The translations under genes were made by a program, and so were the position numbers. Positions 12,960 to 26,299 of a stretch of 64,000 nt of DNA are shown in pieces; within the stretch, counting starts at the first letter, position 1; each line of letters begins with the position of its first letter. The DNA lies in NCBI GenBank assembly GCA_036172245.1, contig JAYWIR010000001.1, forward strand, positions 4,030,001-4,094,000. The letters are read 5' to 3'. Below the pieces are notes generated by a model that was not told the DNA's origin, made no database searches, and worked only from the letters and a program-made list of their open reading frames with translations. This DNA is from Raillietiella orientalis. Taxonomy: Eukaryota.

Positions 12960-13479
12960 CGCATGGGTCCACCAATGTCATCATCATTACACAATTGCCT
13001 GCACGATCCGAATCACAACGCGCTTCACAAATACTGTGCATTGTCCGTCGGCAAAAGATCGCGTACGCTCGGATGTGTACATTCACCATGTTTCGGGGTA
13101 ACACGGGCAAAGTTGCCTTACATTCCCAATCGATAAATGGGAATTGCAACATCACCGGGAAGGATGAAACGCGAACATCACAGCCCATGCGTAGTTTCGA
13201 AAGCCATTGGGAGCGCTAGCATCCGAGATCCTTTTCCGGAGCAGAGTCAACATGTTTTTGTCTCAGGGAAGGAACAAAAGCTTTGATTATTTTATTTTCC
13301 TTCATCTCCGAACGGAGAGTTTTATCCAGAAGAGGAAAGCGGGGTTGAGGAAAGGAAAGGAAAGGTGAGATCCGTACATTGTGTCGCTGGCGTGACTGTG
13401 AAACGTATGTGTGTGTGTGTGTGTTTCTTCCCCTCTTTCCTGTTTATAGAGAATCCGATATTCATTTTATGCAGGTGCC
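12839..13479 (-). other. Putative spliced exon (5' UTR plus first coding bases) of a minus-strand host gene
   Basis: Strong acceptor on the minus strand (long T-rich tract ...tttttttacaacAG, forward ~13480-13530) and a consensus donor CAG|GTAAGT at 12839/12838. Confidence 0.6.
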
Positions 13480-14299
13480 CTGTTGTAAAAAAAGCAAAGA
13501 CAAAAATAAAATAAAAAATAAAATAAACGTAAGGACGAGCACAGCAGGAAAGGAATTCTAAATATCAGATGAAGGCATCTTGAGCGATCTTTTCCTTCTT
13601 TAGGGCAAAAATTCAACCCCTTGTCCCTAGTTTCCTAGGGAAAGCCACAGGAAAAACATATATATATAGAGTCTTTTAAAACATATATATATATATAGAA
13701 GCAAAGACAGAAATGTCCTCATTAAAGGGACCCTAGGATGAAAAATAAAATCAGGGAGACGAAACGGGTCGGTGAGGGAATTTCTGCCGAAAAACCTGTT
13801 CTTTTCACTCGCTGAAGTCCCTAGTCTTCCTCCACCCTGTGCAGCAGCTACTACAGGCACAATCACCTTCTCCCAACCACATCATCTCTTGCCCCCTCCC
13901 GTTTTACTTTGGAGAGTTTGGAGGAGGGAAAATTCTCTTCCCTTGATGGGAACCTTGCATACCCAAAGCGAGGCAGACGATTTGGGTGGACCACTTGCAG
14001 TCTCCCTCCAAGGAAACCTCCTCCGGCGCGGACCACAGGCCGGGCAGTCTGCTCGGTGTTTCCAGAATGCTGTTCCTGCTAAATTTCGTAGCGATTAGTG
14101 CGCTGGAAGATCCGATTCAACCGCTCGGCTTGGAGATGAATTCACATCACCTTCTTTTCACAGACTTGCGCATCCCTTTGCAGAGCTCAGAATCGGAATC
14201 TCAGATGAGCGACCTTTTGCCAATTCCAAAGCGCATCAGGGAGGCGATTCTTGGACCTTGCACCGGGGCAGCATATTTCTGATCATGGGAGCGTGCTTT

Positions 14300-15800
14300 C
14301 TAGGGTCACATGGAGGTCAGGCTGAGAGCCAACAAGATGCACCGTATCGAACCCATGCGGCAGATTCACACGGCAACACTTTCATTGATGCTGCTGCTTC
14401 CGTTGGGATGCGCTCTCACCGGATATGAAGTCAGAATTCATTTGGGTCTTTTAAATCGATGGGCACAGCCTCGAGACGAAATCGGGGTGGAAGTCCGCTT
14501 ACCTTTTATGGCCTGCGAGTTAAGCTATGATTCAGGAAGGGCAGCAGCTTGTCTATTTGGGATTCGGTAGCTGGCATGCATCTATCGGTTGATGATATGG
14601 CTCTTAAACATCAGATCAACACCAGGCGGAAATGAAAACGCAGCAGCGTGCTGCCATTGCTTGAGAGAGAGCTCGGAAAAAAAAAAAAAATTCCAAATGA
14701 ACAGAGAAATGTCCTTTTCCATTATCACTCCACAAAACCAGTACATAATAGCAAAGGACTTAGCCTTACATTTACATTCCATTCACAGTTGTCGCTCGTT
14801 TCCAGCTTTTCTAAAATGCAGTTATTCAAAGTCATACATTTCCATTGCTTGTGGAAGGACAGTCCAGGTTTCAGTTTTTCATCGTTTTCTATTGCAAGAG
14901 TTCTATATTTGAATGGATTGCAACGTCTGTTCCGCTCTGCAAGGTTCCAGCGTCTGTAAAGGTTTCATGAAAGTCCGAGAGGGTCTGTGGTTTGTATGGG
15001 TGCATAAACAAACCCATTGCAAGTAAATAAAGAAGTGGCACATCGTCCACATAGCACTCTCGACTGTGGCGACTTTTAATCGTCCCAAGGAGTGCACAGC
15101 TATCGAAGAGTTTCGCTGACGGAAGCCAGCATTGTAGATGTATCCATCACAACGCACATCAGCGGGAGGAAGAGAAAGTTGAAGGAAAGAGATGAAGACA
15201 TCGGAGATAAGTTTCGATCCTATTTCTACGAGTCAGAAGACCTTGGTGACTTTGCATCAGTCGTCAAGAGTTTCAAACTGCTGCTGTGACTTAAGTTTCT
15301 GTTTAGAACCGGACGCCGGTTTGGTGGCCAATGGATATCGGTACAATAGCCAAGCGGGAACTCAGGGAGGAGGAAAATTATAATATATATATTCTTCCTA
15401 TAAGGAAAAATGAACCGTCAGGTGATGGCAGGTGATTCTCTTTCCAGTATGCCACAAATCTCGTTTTCCATGCAGCCGGTCCTCCCTCAAAAGGCTACAG
15501 ACTCCTTTTCTGTCTCGAGTGCTTCCTTCGCTTGCTCGCAAATGCCTCTAAAGCATCACTTTCCCAAAGATTCAGGCAAAAAAAGAATGAAATCATCCTT
15601 CCCAGATAATGGAGGCTTTCGAAACACCATGGATGACTTCTGCCTGGAATTCACCGAGAGGAACGCAGCGACAAGCAACGCTCATGAACTTTATGGAATG
15701 GGAAGCATTTTCCTGACATGTTCTCACCATCGAATCACAATTAACATGGGAATAAACCTTTCTAGGATCTTAAGTCTGGAACCGAGATGAATCTCAAGCA
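14300..15800 (-). pseudogene. Possible decayed LRR (Toll-like) segment
   Basis: Scattered LRR-like minus-strand remnants ('EFQAEVIHGVS', 'LGK*CFRG', 'NEICG') with many stops. Confidence 0.3.
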
Positions 15801-15959
15801 CTAAAAGCTGAAAGCTTCAAATAATGGAAAATAATAATCATAAGCAGCGTAACAAAAATAAGGGAGGAGCAATAAACAAAGAAAGTACTTTTCGCACAAA
15901 TTTCCAATTTCATCCTGAGAGTCTGAAACAAGGGACGGAGCTGCACGTTCACCTAAAAC

Positions 15960-17200
15960 CCATTTCTCATGGGACCATGATGGGCAACTGCTACTTGGGA
16001 ACTTAGGAGAAACATCTGGTGCTCTGCCTGGAAGAGCGCTCCATCTCCGCGTGCCACCCTAATATTTTGAATATGCTTGATGGAAGGCAGAAGGAAACTC
16101 CTCGGGCAGGGGAAAGCAATGGAGGAACCCGAACACTGAGTCTAATCAATACAGGCACACAGAAGCAGAACAAAAAGCGGAAGCTACGAATGCCTTTGGG
16201 GTTGCAGTCAGTCCGCAGAGAAGCGTCCCGCTGAGAAAACCAGGAGTTCCTCCTGGTGCTCTTGGATCACCTTGCTACGTGCTCTGCATCCATGGTGCGC
16301 CACGACTTCATGAACGTTTCTTTCAGAGGCCGGCGCGTGAACGGAGTGCCAGCAGCAGAAGGGGCAGGTGAGGTGGGGCGTGAAACCCCTTGCTGATTAT
16401 CATCCAAGAGTTCCGGTTCGTGTTCAATGTGCACAGGAACACTCTAAAGACTCTTCTGCCTGCCTCCGACCATGCACGCCAGCCGTGCTGGCTTGCTCGG
16501 ATGATCTATTAATTGTGGCGCTCGAAGACTAATTTGTGCTAATCTGCCCGGCAGTGGGCATGAGAATGGTGAAGCAGATGCGCAAGGTCGTCCCCGAAGG
16601 CCTTGTATGCAAAATGACAGAAGGAGTGGATTCACCTAAGAATTCCCGTGGACGGTAGTGTCAAGTACCGTCGCAAAGGCATCTGCGTTTCAGAAACGTG
16701 GTTCGGGTTTCAAAGCGCCGACAAACCGCTGCTCTGGTTCCTCGATGGCGAGTCTTCCTTATTGGAACAGAATGTGCTCTGGAACCATTTCCATCCTGCT
16801 TTTTGTTTGCTCCCCTCCCTTTGAGGCGACACAAAAGGACGACGGTATGTTGAGGGAAATCCCGTGCAGCTAAGCACGTATTAGAGTCTGCACCAAGGAC
16901 ATTGCTCCTTCACACAGGGATGTCGGGTTTGTGATGCTGATACTGGGAGGATGGATCCAAAGATCCAATCTAAAAGAAAAAGCAACTGGATCTGATAGAA
17001 AGGGCCTGTAACAAGTACTGGTGCTCTCCCGCTGAGGCAGCGGGAAGTCTATTGAGAGGGTCCTCTTTGCTTTCACCTCACAACGGAAATAGCTGAAGAT
17101 GCTTGGCTTTCCCCTGCTACTGGATCTCCTAATGCCCCATGTGCTTTGACTCATGGCTGCAAGAATCCCTGAATACCTGAGCACGCTTCCCGAGCACTAG
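15960..17200 (+). mobile_element. Decayed LINE RT fragment
   Basis: 'PGVPPGALGSPCYVLCI' near 16240 resembles GVPQGxPLSP, followed by 'LADY' near 16390 (YADD-like). Confidence 0.35.
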
Positions 17201-17399
17201 ACAGCAAACGCGCCATTCAGTCAGTGGATAACAAAGTATCTTTTTCCAGAAAGAGTTGAGGAAACTTCAACCTTCTCGCCTTTAGACATAGCGTCATTTT
17301 CCCTACGAGAGGATAATGACATTAGCCTAAAAGAAACCGCATAGATTGTGGGAGAGGAGAAGTTTCGATAGTCCCACGTCCACACCACGTACCCGTGCC

Positions 17400-20300
17400 C
17401 AAAAACCTCTGTTGGACGAAAGTCTTGTGTGTGAACGAACAAGAACTTTCAGTCCCTCCTTTCTGCGTGAACCTTTCAGCGTCATTCTTCATTCACATCC
17501 GCAGCCTTCTCATCTTCACGAAGGAAAAGACCGCTGAGCGACTCAAGAGCCTCGTCAACAAGGTCAGGAATGGCGCTCGAGTCCGCAAAGACAAGAACTC
17601 GGGGGCGTATCCTGGCTAGGGAAAACCAAGTCTTTTGCCGTCGAGACCCGTTGGGATGCCGCAAGACCCGCCGCATCAGACCGGAGGACTCAAGTCGCAT
17701 CCATCAGTCAATGAAATGCACGGAACGGAGGGACCGGGAAGAGCAAGTTCGCAGTCCCGGCAGGGCACCGTGAGCCCTCGCCAACCTCACGCACGTGAAC
17801 GCATCTAGGGGTGTCCCTCGAAACTAAGGGATTCATCCAAGGGAGCTCCCAAGTTCTCTCTCAGCGACGAACCAAATGCCAACACTTGCCACCACCATCT
17901 GCTCAATCGAACGCGGGAGCCCTCGCGCATGACCTCCAAACCGTCTTTTACGAGGCTGGTTGCGCCCCAGTGGCAAGCGCAAGAGGTCAGTCGTCAGCGA
18001 GGGCAGCAGCACGGACAGCGTCCCTACAGCTCGAAGGTAGGCAGGCGCAACCAGTTAGAAGAACCGGCTGAAGGGCTCCAACCAGCCTTACTCCAGGAGT
18101 GCCGTTAATGCCTCTGGAGAGAAGGCCGCCGGAAGAGTTGGAATTTCCACCTTGTGCCTCCGCGAGAGGCGCAGGCTGGGGAGCCAAACCGATGGGGCAC
18201 CTTCAAAAAAAGGAGCTTCCTATGGACGCACGTCTTGGAGATGATTCCTCTGATCGGTTGAGTGCGACAAGCGGAGGTCCTTGGCGAGCTGCAGTGCTGC
18301 GCGGAGCGCGCGAGCAGAGGGGACTGCGTCTCAGGAAGCGGCCGCGGCTTCTTCCTCGCACGGACGGCGTGAGCGTCGAGCGGTCTGGCAAGCGCGTGGG
18401 TCCGTCACGGACCGCCCGCCCGTCCCGTTCGCGCACTGCACACCTTGCAGAGCTGCTCGAAGAGCGCATACGAGTGAGTGGACGCGGAGCCACGTGCACC
18501 CGAGTGAAACTCCTTCTTTGAGAACGGCGAGACGAATCCCCGCTGATCTGAAGGACGCCTACCTGCCTGGTGAGCAGTGCCGGTGTGTGCATCGAGGGCA
18601 CCGCCACCAGTTCTGCCACGAAAAGTTGGTAGAAGTCCGCAGGCAGTTCGCCTGCATCCATTCCAGCGCTGCCAGGGGCCCTCCGACGGCGGTCACAGTA
18701 TCGGTGATAGCAAAGGGTCTGGGATCACCCAACAGGATGCCAGACTCCCCCTACCTCCTGCGGATAGTGTGGTACGGGAAGCTGCATGGCTCCTTCTTCG
18801 TCAAGAGGCGTTTCCGCGTACAGGTGGAGGCAACAGCACCTGTGTATCTGCGTCTTCGGTGAAGAGCACGCCGGAGCCTGACAGTTCGGTGAACCGATCG
18901 CGCTCCTGCTTGCCGGGTGTGTTCCATCCTCCATGCTGAGCACCCTGCAGGGCAGTTGGGATAGACCCGTTCGCCAAAAGCGCGGGCTGGGTGGAAGAAT
19001 TCTCTACGTCCCTGTCTTTCGGAGGAGCCTTCCAGCAGAAGGTTGTTACAGGCGGAAGTGACGTGACGAATCTTCAGCACATCGAATTTTCTGTCTAAGG
19101 AGACTCACCCGGAAGGTTGGCAACTAGTGTCTGAGGGCTGGATGCCTGACGCAGCCCTCAGACACCCTCCGAATCTTTGCTGCAGCACGTGGGGGTTCGT
19201 CAGGACGAGGTCCATGGAGTCCGACCACTTTAGTGGAAGGTGGCCTGCGCGACCGCATTCTCATCAAAACGGACGTTGCTCTGTGCCCGCCGCGTATACG
19301 GCTTCGGGAGAGATACGAGCCCGAACTGGTGGGTTCCGAGCTTCGTCCCTCCTAGGGGTTCCCTCCCGAGGAGTGCTTGACTCGGTGGACACTTTGGAAG
19401 TCTTTTGCAAGAGAACGAGGTGGAAAGTCCCCAGGGACTCATGGAAAGCACGGTTCTCCTCTTTGTTCCGCTTGTTGCTGAAGTTCCGTACCGCCAGTTG
19501 TGGAAAACGCTCGAGATGATTCGACCCTTCCATCATCCCTGGGAATGCACTGACGCTCGAGATGATTCGACCCTCCCATCATCCCTGGGAATGCACTGAC
19601 CAGCCTTCTTTTTTGTGTAGTGACAAGCGTGTTGCCTGGACACGGACTGCGGCCGGTCGGTCCGGTGACGGCGCATTTTCTCTACGGTCTCTGCTTGCTC
19701 GCCTCCGGAGGATCCTAAAAGCTGGCCCGCTCAGACTCGCTGCAGCTCAGTGTCGAAAACATTGTGACCTCAAGGCTGCTCTTTCTCTCCTCGCTCCAGG
19801 CTTTGCTCGATCCTCGCTCTAGCCTTTGGTTGATTCCCCAAGGCATCACTTTAGAGATTGGTTCCTGAAACTGGCTTGCAGAAAGCTCCCGTGGGAGACG
19901 TGGAATTTTGCTCCGGAGTATGCGGGTCGCTAATGAAGCCAAAGATGTGAGGATCTGGAAGATTGTAGGGGATATGAAATGTCCGCTGTTTCTGTATTTC
20001 TTCATGCAACCTCGTATCTTTGTTTACTGGGACAGAAGTCAACCATTCCTGCTTTCTGTGGACTTCCGGCTCGGGTTCCCTGCCACTTCGGCTCTCCAGT
20101 GGGTCGCTTTCCCCGAACTCGTGAGCGCGCAGAGTGTGTTGCTCTTCGTGGAACAAAGTTTGATGGTTAGTGGACTGAGGTGCGCGTCCCATCTACCTTC
20201 TCTCGGGAGGACTCGAGAGAGCGGAAGGTGCAATCCATGCTTCACCACTGACTCCCTCGAAGACGCAGAAATCAACCAGTGGAAGAGCAGAGAGACTTCT

Positions 20301-20900
20301 CGTTATCCTTGCTGTGGTATCTCAAGGAGGCTACACCATCAGTGACGAAGGAGGTGCTGAAACGACTCTGCTGGAAAAACCACTTCCCTGGATCTTCTGG
20401 AGTCTTATTTCGTCAGTAGAGCTTTCACTGTCCAGCGGACCGCATGGATGCAAAGAGTAGGCTCAAAGCGTTACGTAGTTGCACCACACGCTGGCTCACA
20501 GACTCCACGACCACAAGTGCCCCACCTAAAGACTTTTGTGCTGAGGTGGACTACTATGAATTTCCCGGGAGGACCACGAGTGGACCTCAGTGCGCCGAAA
20601 TACTTATGCCCTCCTTTTCAAGGGGCAGGAATCGGCGATTCTGTTGCACTGGGAGTCTCGTGCAACGGCCTCTGACATCACTGGGTCTGAGAGTGTGAGA
20701 ACCCGAACTTAGGCAGGTTTGGGGAATGAGAATCCTTCTTTCGCCTGCTTGTAGACCACATTGTCCTCCGGATCCTTTGGAAACTCTCTGCCGCCGTGAC
20801 CCTACGGACCCCCATAGGTAACCCCAGAGACGTTCTAAAGCGCCTTTTTTACGCGTGATGTCCTGATGCCGACCGCTTCCCGAGGAGCACTCTGTTGCCT
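17400..20900 (+). mobile_element. Near full-length decayed L1/Tx1-like LINE (ORF1 knuckle, endonuclease, RT)
   Basis: Ordered remnants: 'CRCVHRGHRHQFC' (CCHC-like, ~18575), 'LRDRILIK' (~19250), 'DLKAALS' (~19765), 'NWLAESSRGRRGILLRSMRVAN' (resembles NWRPISLL.DYKIL.K.LAN, ~19870) and 'LLSVDF' (~20050). Confidence 0.6.
19507..19600 (+). repeat. 46-bp tandem duplication (2 copies, 1 mismatch)
   Basis: acgctcgagatgattcgacc(cttcc/ctccc)atcatccctgggaatgcactg at 19507 and 19553. Confidence 0.95.
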
Positions 20901-21439
20901 ACGCGGGATTGTGACTGATTGGAAAGCCACCCAAAGAGGCGAAAACGACAAAGACGCTATCCTTTTCGGGATCCCTTTCCCAAGGATAGCATTTCAATGC
21001 TCCCGCTTGGGAAAAAAGCCTTGAGTAGAAGCAGAGGACGCCCTTCCCGATCCTTATAGAGGTTTTTTTATATTCATTTTTTTTATTTGCTTTCATTGTA
21101 TTTTCATTCTCATGTTCTTCTTCCCTCTACTGGTGAGGCGATCTCCACCTGCGAGGCACCGGTTTCTCAGAAAGTTCTCTGATCAGTGAACGTGGTACAC
21201 GCGGATGTCCTACCACTGCCTTTTGCATGTTCATCGATTGCAGAAAACTTCCCGGCGCAACCAGATGAAAAGGCACAGAACTTTATACATTGGGGACGCT
21301 TAGCAAAACATGGCGATCAAGAAAGAGTAGAAGAGGGGAAAAAAGGTGGAGGCGGGGTAGATTCTGCCAGTTCAATTCGAAATGACCCCAATCTTCCAGC
21401 TGAATTGAATAGAATTCCAATCGGATGGGAAACTTAGAT

Positions 21440-21955
21440 CTAAGGAGCCCTCAAACGGAGGTCACGAAGTGGTCGAGCTGAAGTAGAATGGCAAAAGGGA
21501 GCTTCGGGAGCCTCAGTATCGATGAGGTCGACGATAGCACCGCAGCTCCAGTTCCCCTCTATCCTTGCTTGGAGCGAGTCCACGAACCGCGAGGTCCATC
21601 TTACCCATGGCCATCTATTTAGGCCGCTGCGACTCTTCAGAGTTCCCAGTAACGTCTCTTTGAAGTCAATGTATCCGGATAAGCGAACTGCTACCGGCAA
21701 GTATCTTCCCTCCCTGCTGCAGCCTACCACGCGAGACACGCGCGTAAGGAGCGGCTTCCGCTGTTCCGCAGTGGGTGCATCCCTTCGCGTGCACGTGATG
21801 GTGCTGATGGTTTCGAAAGCAGCTGCCGCGGCCAGTATGCCAAAGACAAAGCAGATGAAGGGTGGAGGCGTGGATCGGGATTCCCGGGGTCTTGCAGCGT
21901 CCACGCGGAATCCCAAGAGACTCGATCCACGTTTGCGGGCGCCGCGCCAGGTCAC
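21440..21955 (-). mobile_element. Decayed LINE endonuclease (Tx1/L1-like)
   Basis: ORF 21440..21955 reads 'DAPTAEQRKPLLTRVSRVV...SGYIDFKETL...FVDS', resembling YAPT..ERK.F...L...GGDFN.TL...LVDS. Confidence 0.45.
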
Positions 21956-22999
21956 GGGTTATCTGTGCCGTTGACCATGGCGCGATGAGCTCTGCGATTC
22001 CCCACGAGCCGGCAGGTCACCCTCCCCCCCATACTGCAGTCAATGCCGCCTCTCCCGCTTGTCACCGGTCGAGAAGAGTCAGCTGCGGTCTTGGTCAGTT
22101 TGATGATGGCCTTGGAAGAGCAGCCTCGCGTGGTCCAGCGTCCCGACAAGGAGTGTTCTGTGCTGAAGCGGCGAGCGGCTCATCTCTTCAGGAGGATCCA
22201 CGCCTCCTGCGCACGCCGCCTCCAGCTGGGATCACAGCACCGCCCTCCCGCGTGTCTGCGGTTGCGTGGGAGGATGGGACCGGGTCCTTCGCTATTTTTC
22301 GCGTTCTCCATGTGAGTGAGTGGGGGTTTCGCAGCTTCGCCACGAGAACCCAACCCTGGACAGATGAACGCTTGCATCCGGAGTGGAAGGCGAATTTAGG
22401 CTCGAGCCTCGCAGCAAGGAGACCGAGTCCTTAGGTGGTGCCTTGGACGCGGATGACCCCACGGAGGATGACTGCTCGGCACCCACGACGCCGTCGTCGT
22501 ACCCATTGCAAGCGGGAGAAGTCAGGAAAGGGCACCGGAAGCGGGGACGATCGGGGCGTTCGGAACCTTTAGGCAATCGGAGCTGGCCGTCTCGAAAGTA
22601 GGCCGGAAGATGTTGCGTGTCTTTCAATTCGGTGGACGAGGTCTTCCTCGTGGCGAGGGAACCCTTGGAGGACAAGGACGGGTGAGTGAGGGATGCGCCC
22701 ACGAAGATCCCCGGGGAAAATCATTCTGCAGCCAGCAATGCACCGGATGCCATCATCCTGGGACTTTGTTTCGTAACCTGAATGGTTCCATTTCTGGTAA
22801 GGTGACATGCATTCGCTTTTCGGCGCCGATAAACGGAAGAGACAAAGAAATGCAGTAGTAGAAGAACTCGTGATCATCCGTTAAAATGCGACTGATCTCT
22901 GAAATCATACCAGAGTGGACCGGTCAGTGAGTCGAGGAGGCTAGAGGAAGATTATCTTTTCGAATAGTCCAGATTGCGAGCATCGTGCTTCAAAAATCG

Positions 23000-25900
23000 T
23001 GCGCAACCGGGAGTGACATGTTGACATGCAAACTTCAAGGCTGGACGTAGTCCTTAGGTTAGTGCTCAGGATAAGCTGGTTGAGCAAGGTCATGTCGAGC
23101 CGTCAAAAATAGGTGAAGTGAGGAGGATCGCACTGCTAAGTTCTAGCACTGACGTCTGCAGCTGTGTCCTTTCCAGCATTGACTTCTATTCTTTGGCCTT
23201 CTTTCTCTGACGGACTTTGGTTTGCAGCACTGCTGATTATTCAACATTTTCCTAATGATGATGAATGATGAGATGCAAGATGGAGGCGATTCTACTCTGG
23301 GGCAGCTTCATTAGAAAATCCGAGTCGGGTCGCGCATTCAGCTAACTGCGGGATTGATCGCATCCCTCCATCCTCCATGGAAACAGCACTCGGAGTGTAG
23401 TTCCTCGTTCCTTCTCAGAAAGCAAGACGAACAGAGCGGGAGTATCTGTAGGGTCCACTGTGGCGTGAGGGCTCCACGTATAGTGCCCGCTGATATTAAA
23501 GGGACGGAAATAAACGCATCTCATCGGATATTTCTTATGCCAGTTCCAAAGACACCAGTGCTTCCAATGATCTTTCATAAATCTTGCTACGGTATTCCTT
23601 AACTGGAAGGATGACTTCAAATTCTCATCCATTTCTACCATATTTGCACGAAGATGGGCAAAACAAGAAGGGAATTCAGGATGGCAAAACCTGGATCTGG
23701 AATTCTGTTATCGGGATCTCTCAGTTGTACTCCTGGCTCTGCTTCCTTCTGAGTATCTGAAAGACAAGGAGTGATGCATCAGTAGATTTCGAATCTCTTC
23801 ACAGACGCTTCGCGGGCACTCCGCATCTTTTTAGATACACACAAGTCATTGGTGCAGCTAATGATACTTATCGAGGAAAATGCTCTCGTCTCATTCTTCT
23901 CCAGATCACATCGTCTTCTCTTGGTGCGAGCAGTGGATTGGGATGGGAAAGGGAAGCGGAGCGCCGAAATCTTACTTCATCTGAAGTTCCTCAGAACATT
24001 TCATCCTAGAACGTCCGTTCAGGTACTTCGGACTTGGTGCCGCGAGCAACCCGCGAGAAGGCCAGAGGCCAAAAGGAAGGATTGAGAGGAAACAAAAAAA
24101 AACGCCAATCCGTTTCGCATTCCTTCGCTTTCACGCTTGCATAATTTCGCAATTCTTCTGCAGCGCAGAGCGGGGGATAGAGGGAGGAGGAAGCAGGGGG
24201 GAGGGGAATTATTACGTCATTAGAAACATCGAGAACTTATCATTCTGCTCATGACTCCCCTTTCTTTTCCGTTGATCGTCAAGCTTATGGAAACAGAAAA
24301 TGGAAACAGATATTCGTCTGCAAAGCAAGACAGAAACTTTCTTATTCACCGAGGGTCTTCTTTGATGTTCCTCTTTGTGAGCGCTCAAGGGAATTTTAAA
24401 CAGGGAGCAGCGAATTCCTCTCCTCCTACAGAATCCTTGTAGTGTTTAAGAATCGATCGTCTTTGAAATCAGGGTATTAATGTGAGCATTCTTTTTCTGT
24501 CCTTTGTGGAGGGAAGCTTAACTGGAAGGATGACTGCATCGAGCAGGGAAGCTGAGGGTTTCGTATCTGCGCCGAAACTGCTTGATGCGTGGTGTGACGG
24601 TGAACGAGCTTTTCTCTTACTTCATTCCTCTCCTATCTTTACCATGCTTATTTATGTAGACTCGGCTAATCGTCAAATGGAAATTTTTACTTGGCCTGCG
24701 CAATGAATCATCCTGGATGACTAAGAGCAGCGGAGGGAATCCTTAGAACGAAGAGGCAACCTGCTGATGGGAAGAACGGCTGCTGCTTCTTCAGTGCTAA
24801 AAAAAAGGGACATTCATGACAGACATAGATGGCTGTTTGCAGAAGAATGCGAGGTTTTTGCAGGTGTTTCGTCCTGGAAAGCTCTGCAGGGACCTCAGTG
24901 CATCGTCTGAAACCCTCCTCCAGGTCAGACCTCCAGAATCGCACTGGAGTGTTGGCAAGAGACGCCAAGACCTGTGCCGAAGGCAGCGACCCCAGGCAAG
25001 CTCGCGACCGATCCCTTCTGAGAGCACCATCGCGACCCTCCTACTCTTCGGAACCTCCCATTGGAAGGGAGCTCCTGGGTTCGTCAGCTCGGACTTGAGC
25101 GTTCACTGCTCGCTCATCTGAAGTCTGAGAATGGGTCGAGGTCATCCGATCTCGTGACCCTTCGTCCTTGGCTTCACCGGATGAGACCCCCTGGTCTCCT
25201 CACGCTTCGGTGAGAGTCAGCTGTCTTGAGGCAGCCGTGAAGTGTCTGCTGCACACGGCGTGGCTCGATTCGTGCCTCGCTCCTGAAGCCATCTGTTGCT
25301 CCCAGTTTGCACGTCGGGGTCGCTGCGTCCCTTCACCTCCGACTCCCGGAAGCGACCGGGGTTCCCTCTGACTTGTTCCTGACCACAGTTTGCTATCTTT
25401 TGGAAGCTGTTCAAGGCAGCTTCCAAAAGGCGCAAAACATCCATCCTTAAAATGCGTGGTTTTTCATTCTCTTAACGCTTTCATGACGAGAAGGAAAGAG
25501 CAAGTGACTGCTCTCAGTATTGCCAGGGGGTCATACATCTCAGGACGTCACTACTAAATGGCCAGTCTGACAAAGTCACCCTATTTCGGATGTTTTTCTG
25601 ATGCGTCACAGCTTCCCTTTTCCTCTGTAAACAAAAACCACACACACATACTCATACTCAACATTAGAGGCAGGAGAGCCATTGAGAAGCTAGAAGATGG
25701 CAGTTTTGGTACCGTTGAGCCCATGTAACCGGAATAGTAGTGAGACCTGGGAGCAAGAGTTGGCAGTCGATGTCATTCGTGGAGAATTCCAATCCCTATT
25801 TGTGGACAACTCGGATGCGCTCAAGGTGGAAATGAAGAATCTCTCCGGTAGAGCCGTTCTCCGCGGTCATTTAAGTTTCGTTTCACTTTTCGGAGAAAGA

Positions 25901-26200
25901 CGACCCAAAACGATATGAACAACCTGAAATTTCACCGAGGAGTTAAGATGCCGGTCCCAGAATGGTTCTTTCAGATTCCACCGCCATCTTTTGGCTACGA
26001 TCTGATCAGGCGCTCAAGAATAAGCGTCTTCCGAAAGAGCGGAAGTTGCTTTTAATGGTACTCGGAAGAAGCTTGCAGTTGTTGAAGAATTGTATAACGC
26101 AGCTGAAGTTTTGCAGGACTTTCCTCATTATCACTTAAAAATCTGGACCCTTTTAAGCATTTTTTGGGAATTTCTTTTGCACCTTCTCTATGATTCATCG
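23000..26200 (-). pseudogene. Decayed LRR (Toll-like) segment(s) interrupted by a 487-bp insert
   Basis: 'TEVPAELSRTKHLQKPRIL' (24708..24968) and 'DVLRLLEAALNSF' (25217..25444) flank the insert. An internal 19-bp exact repeat lies at 23598-23616 and 24517-24535. Confidence 0.4.
24899..25385 (+). repeat. 487-bp direct repeat, copy 1 (LINE endonuclease-derived)
   Basis: Matches 61441-61927 without indels. I counted about six substitutions. Confidence 0.97.
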
Positions 26201-26299
26201 TATACGGCCACCGGAGACTGAGCCGATGAACCTATCAGCTTTGACAGATGGGTTGCCTTGAAGCAGGACCAAGACTAGATCTCCTGAACTGTAGTGCTT

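Noticed and set aside
19507..19600. CRISPR-like repeat
   Set aside because: Only two abutting copies, no spacers, no cas genes and a eukaryotic context.
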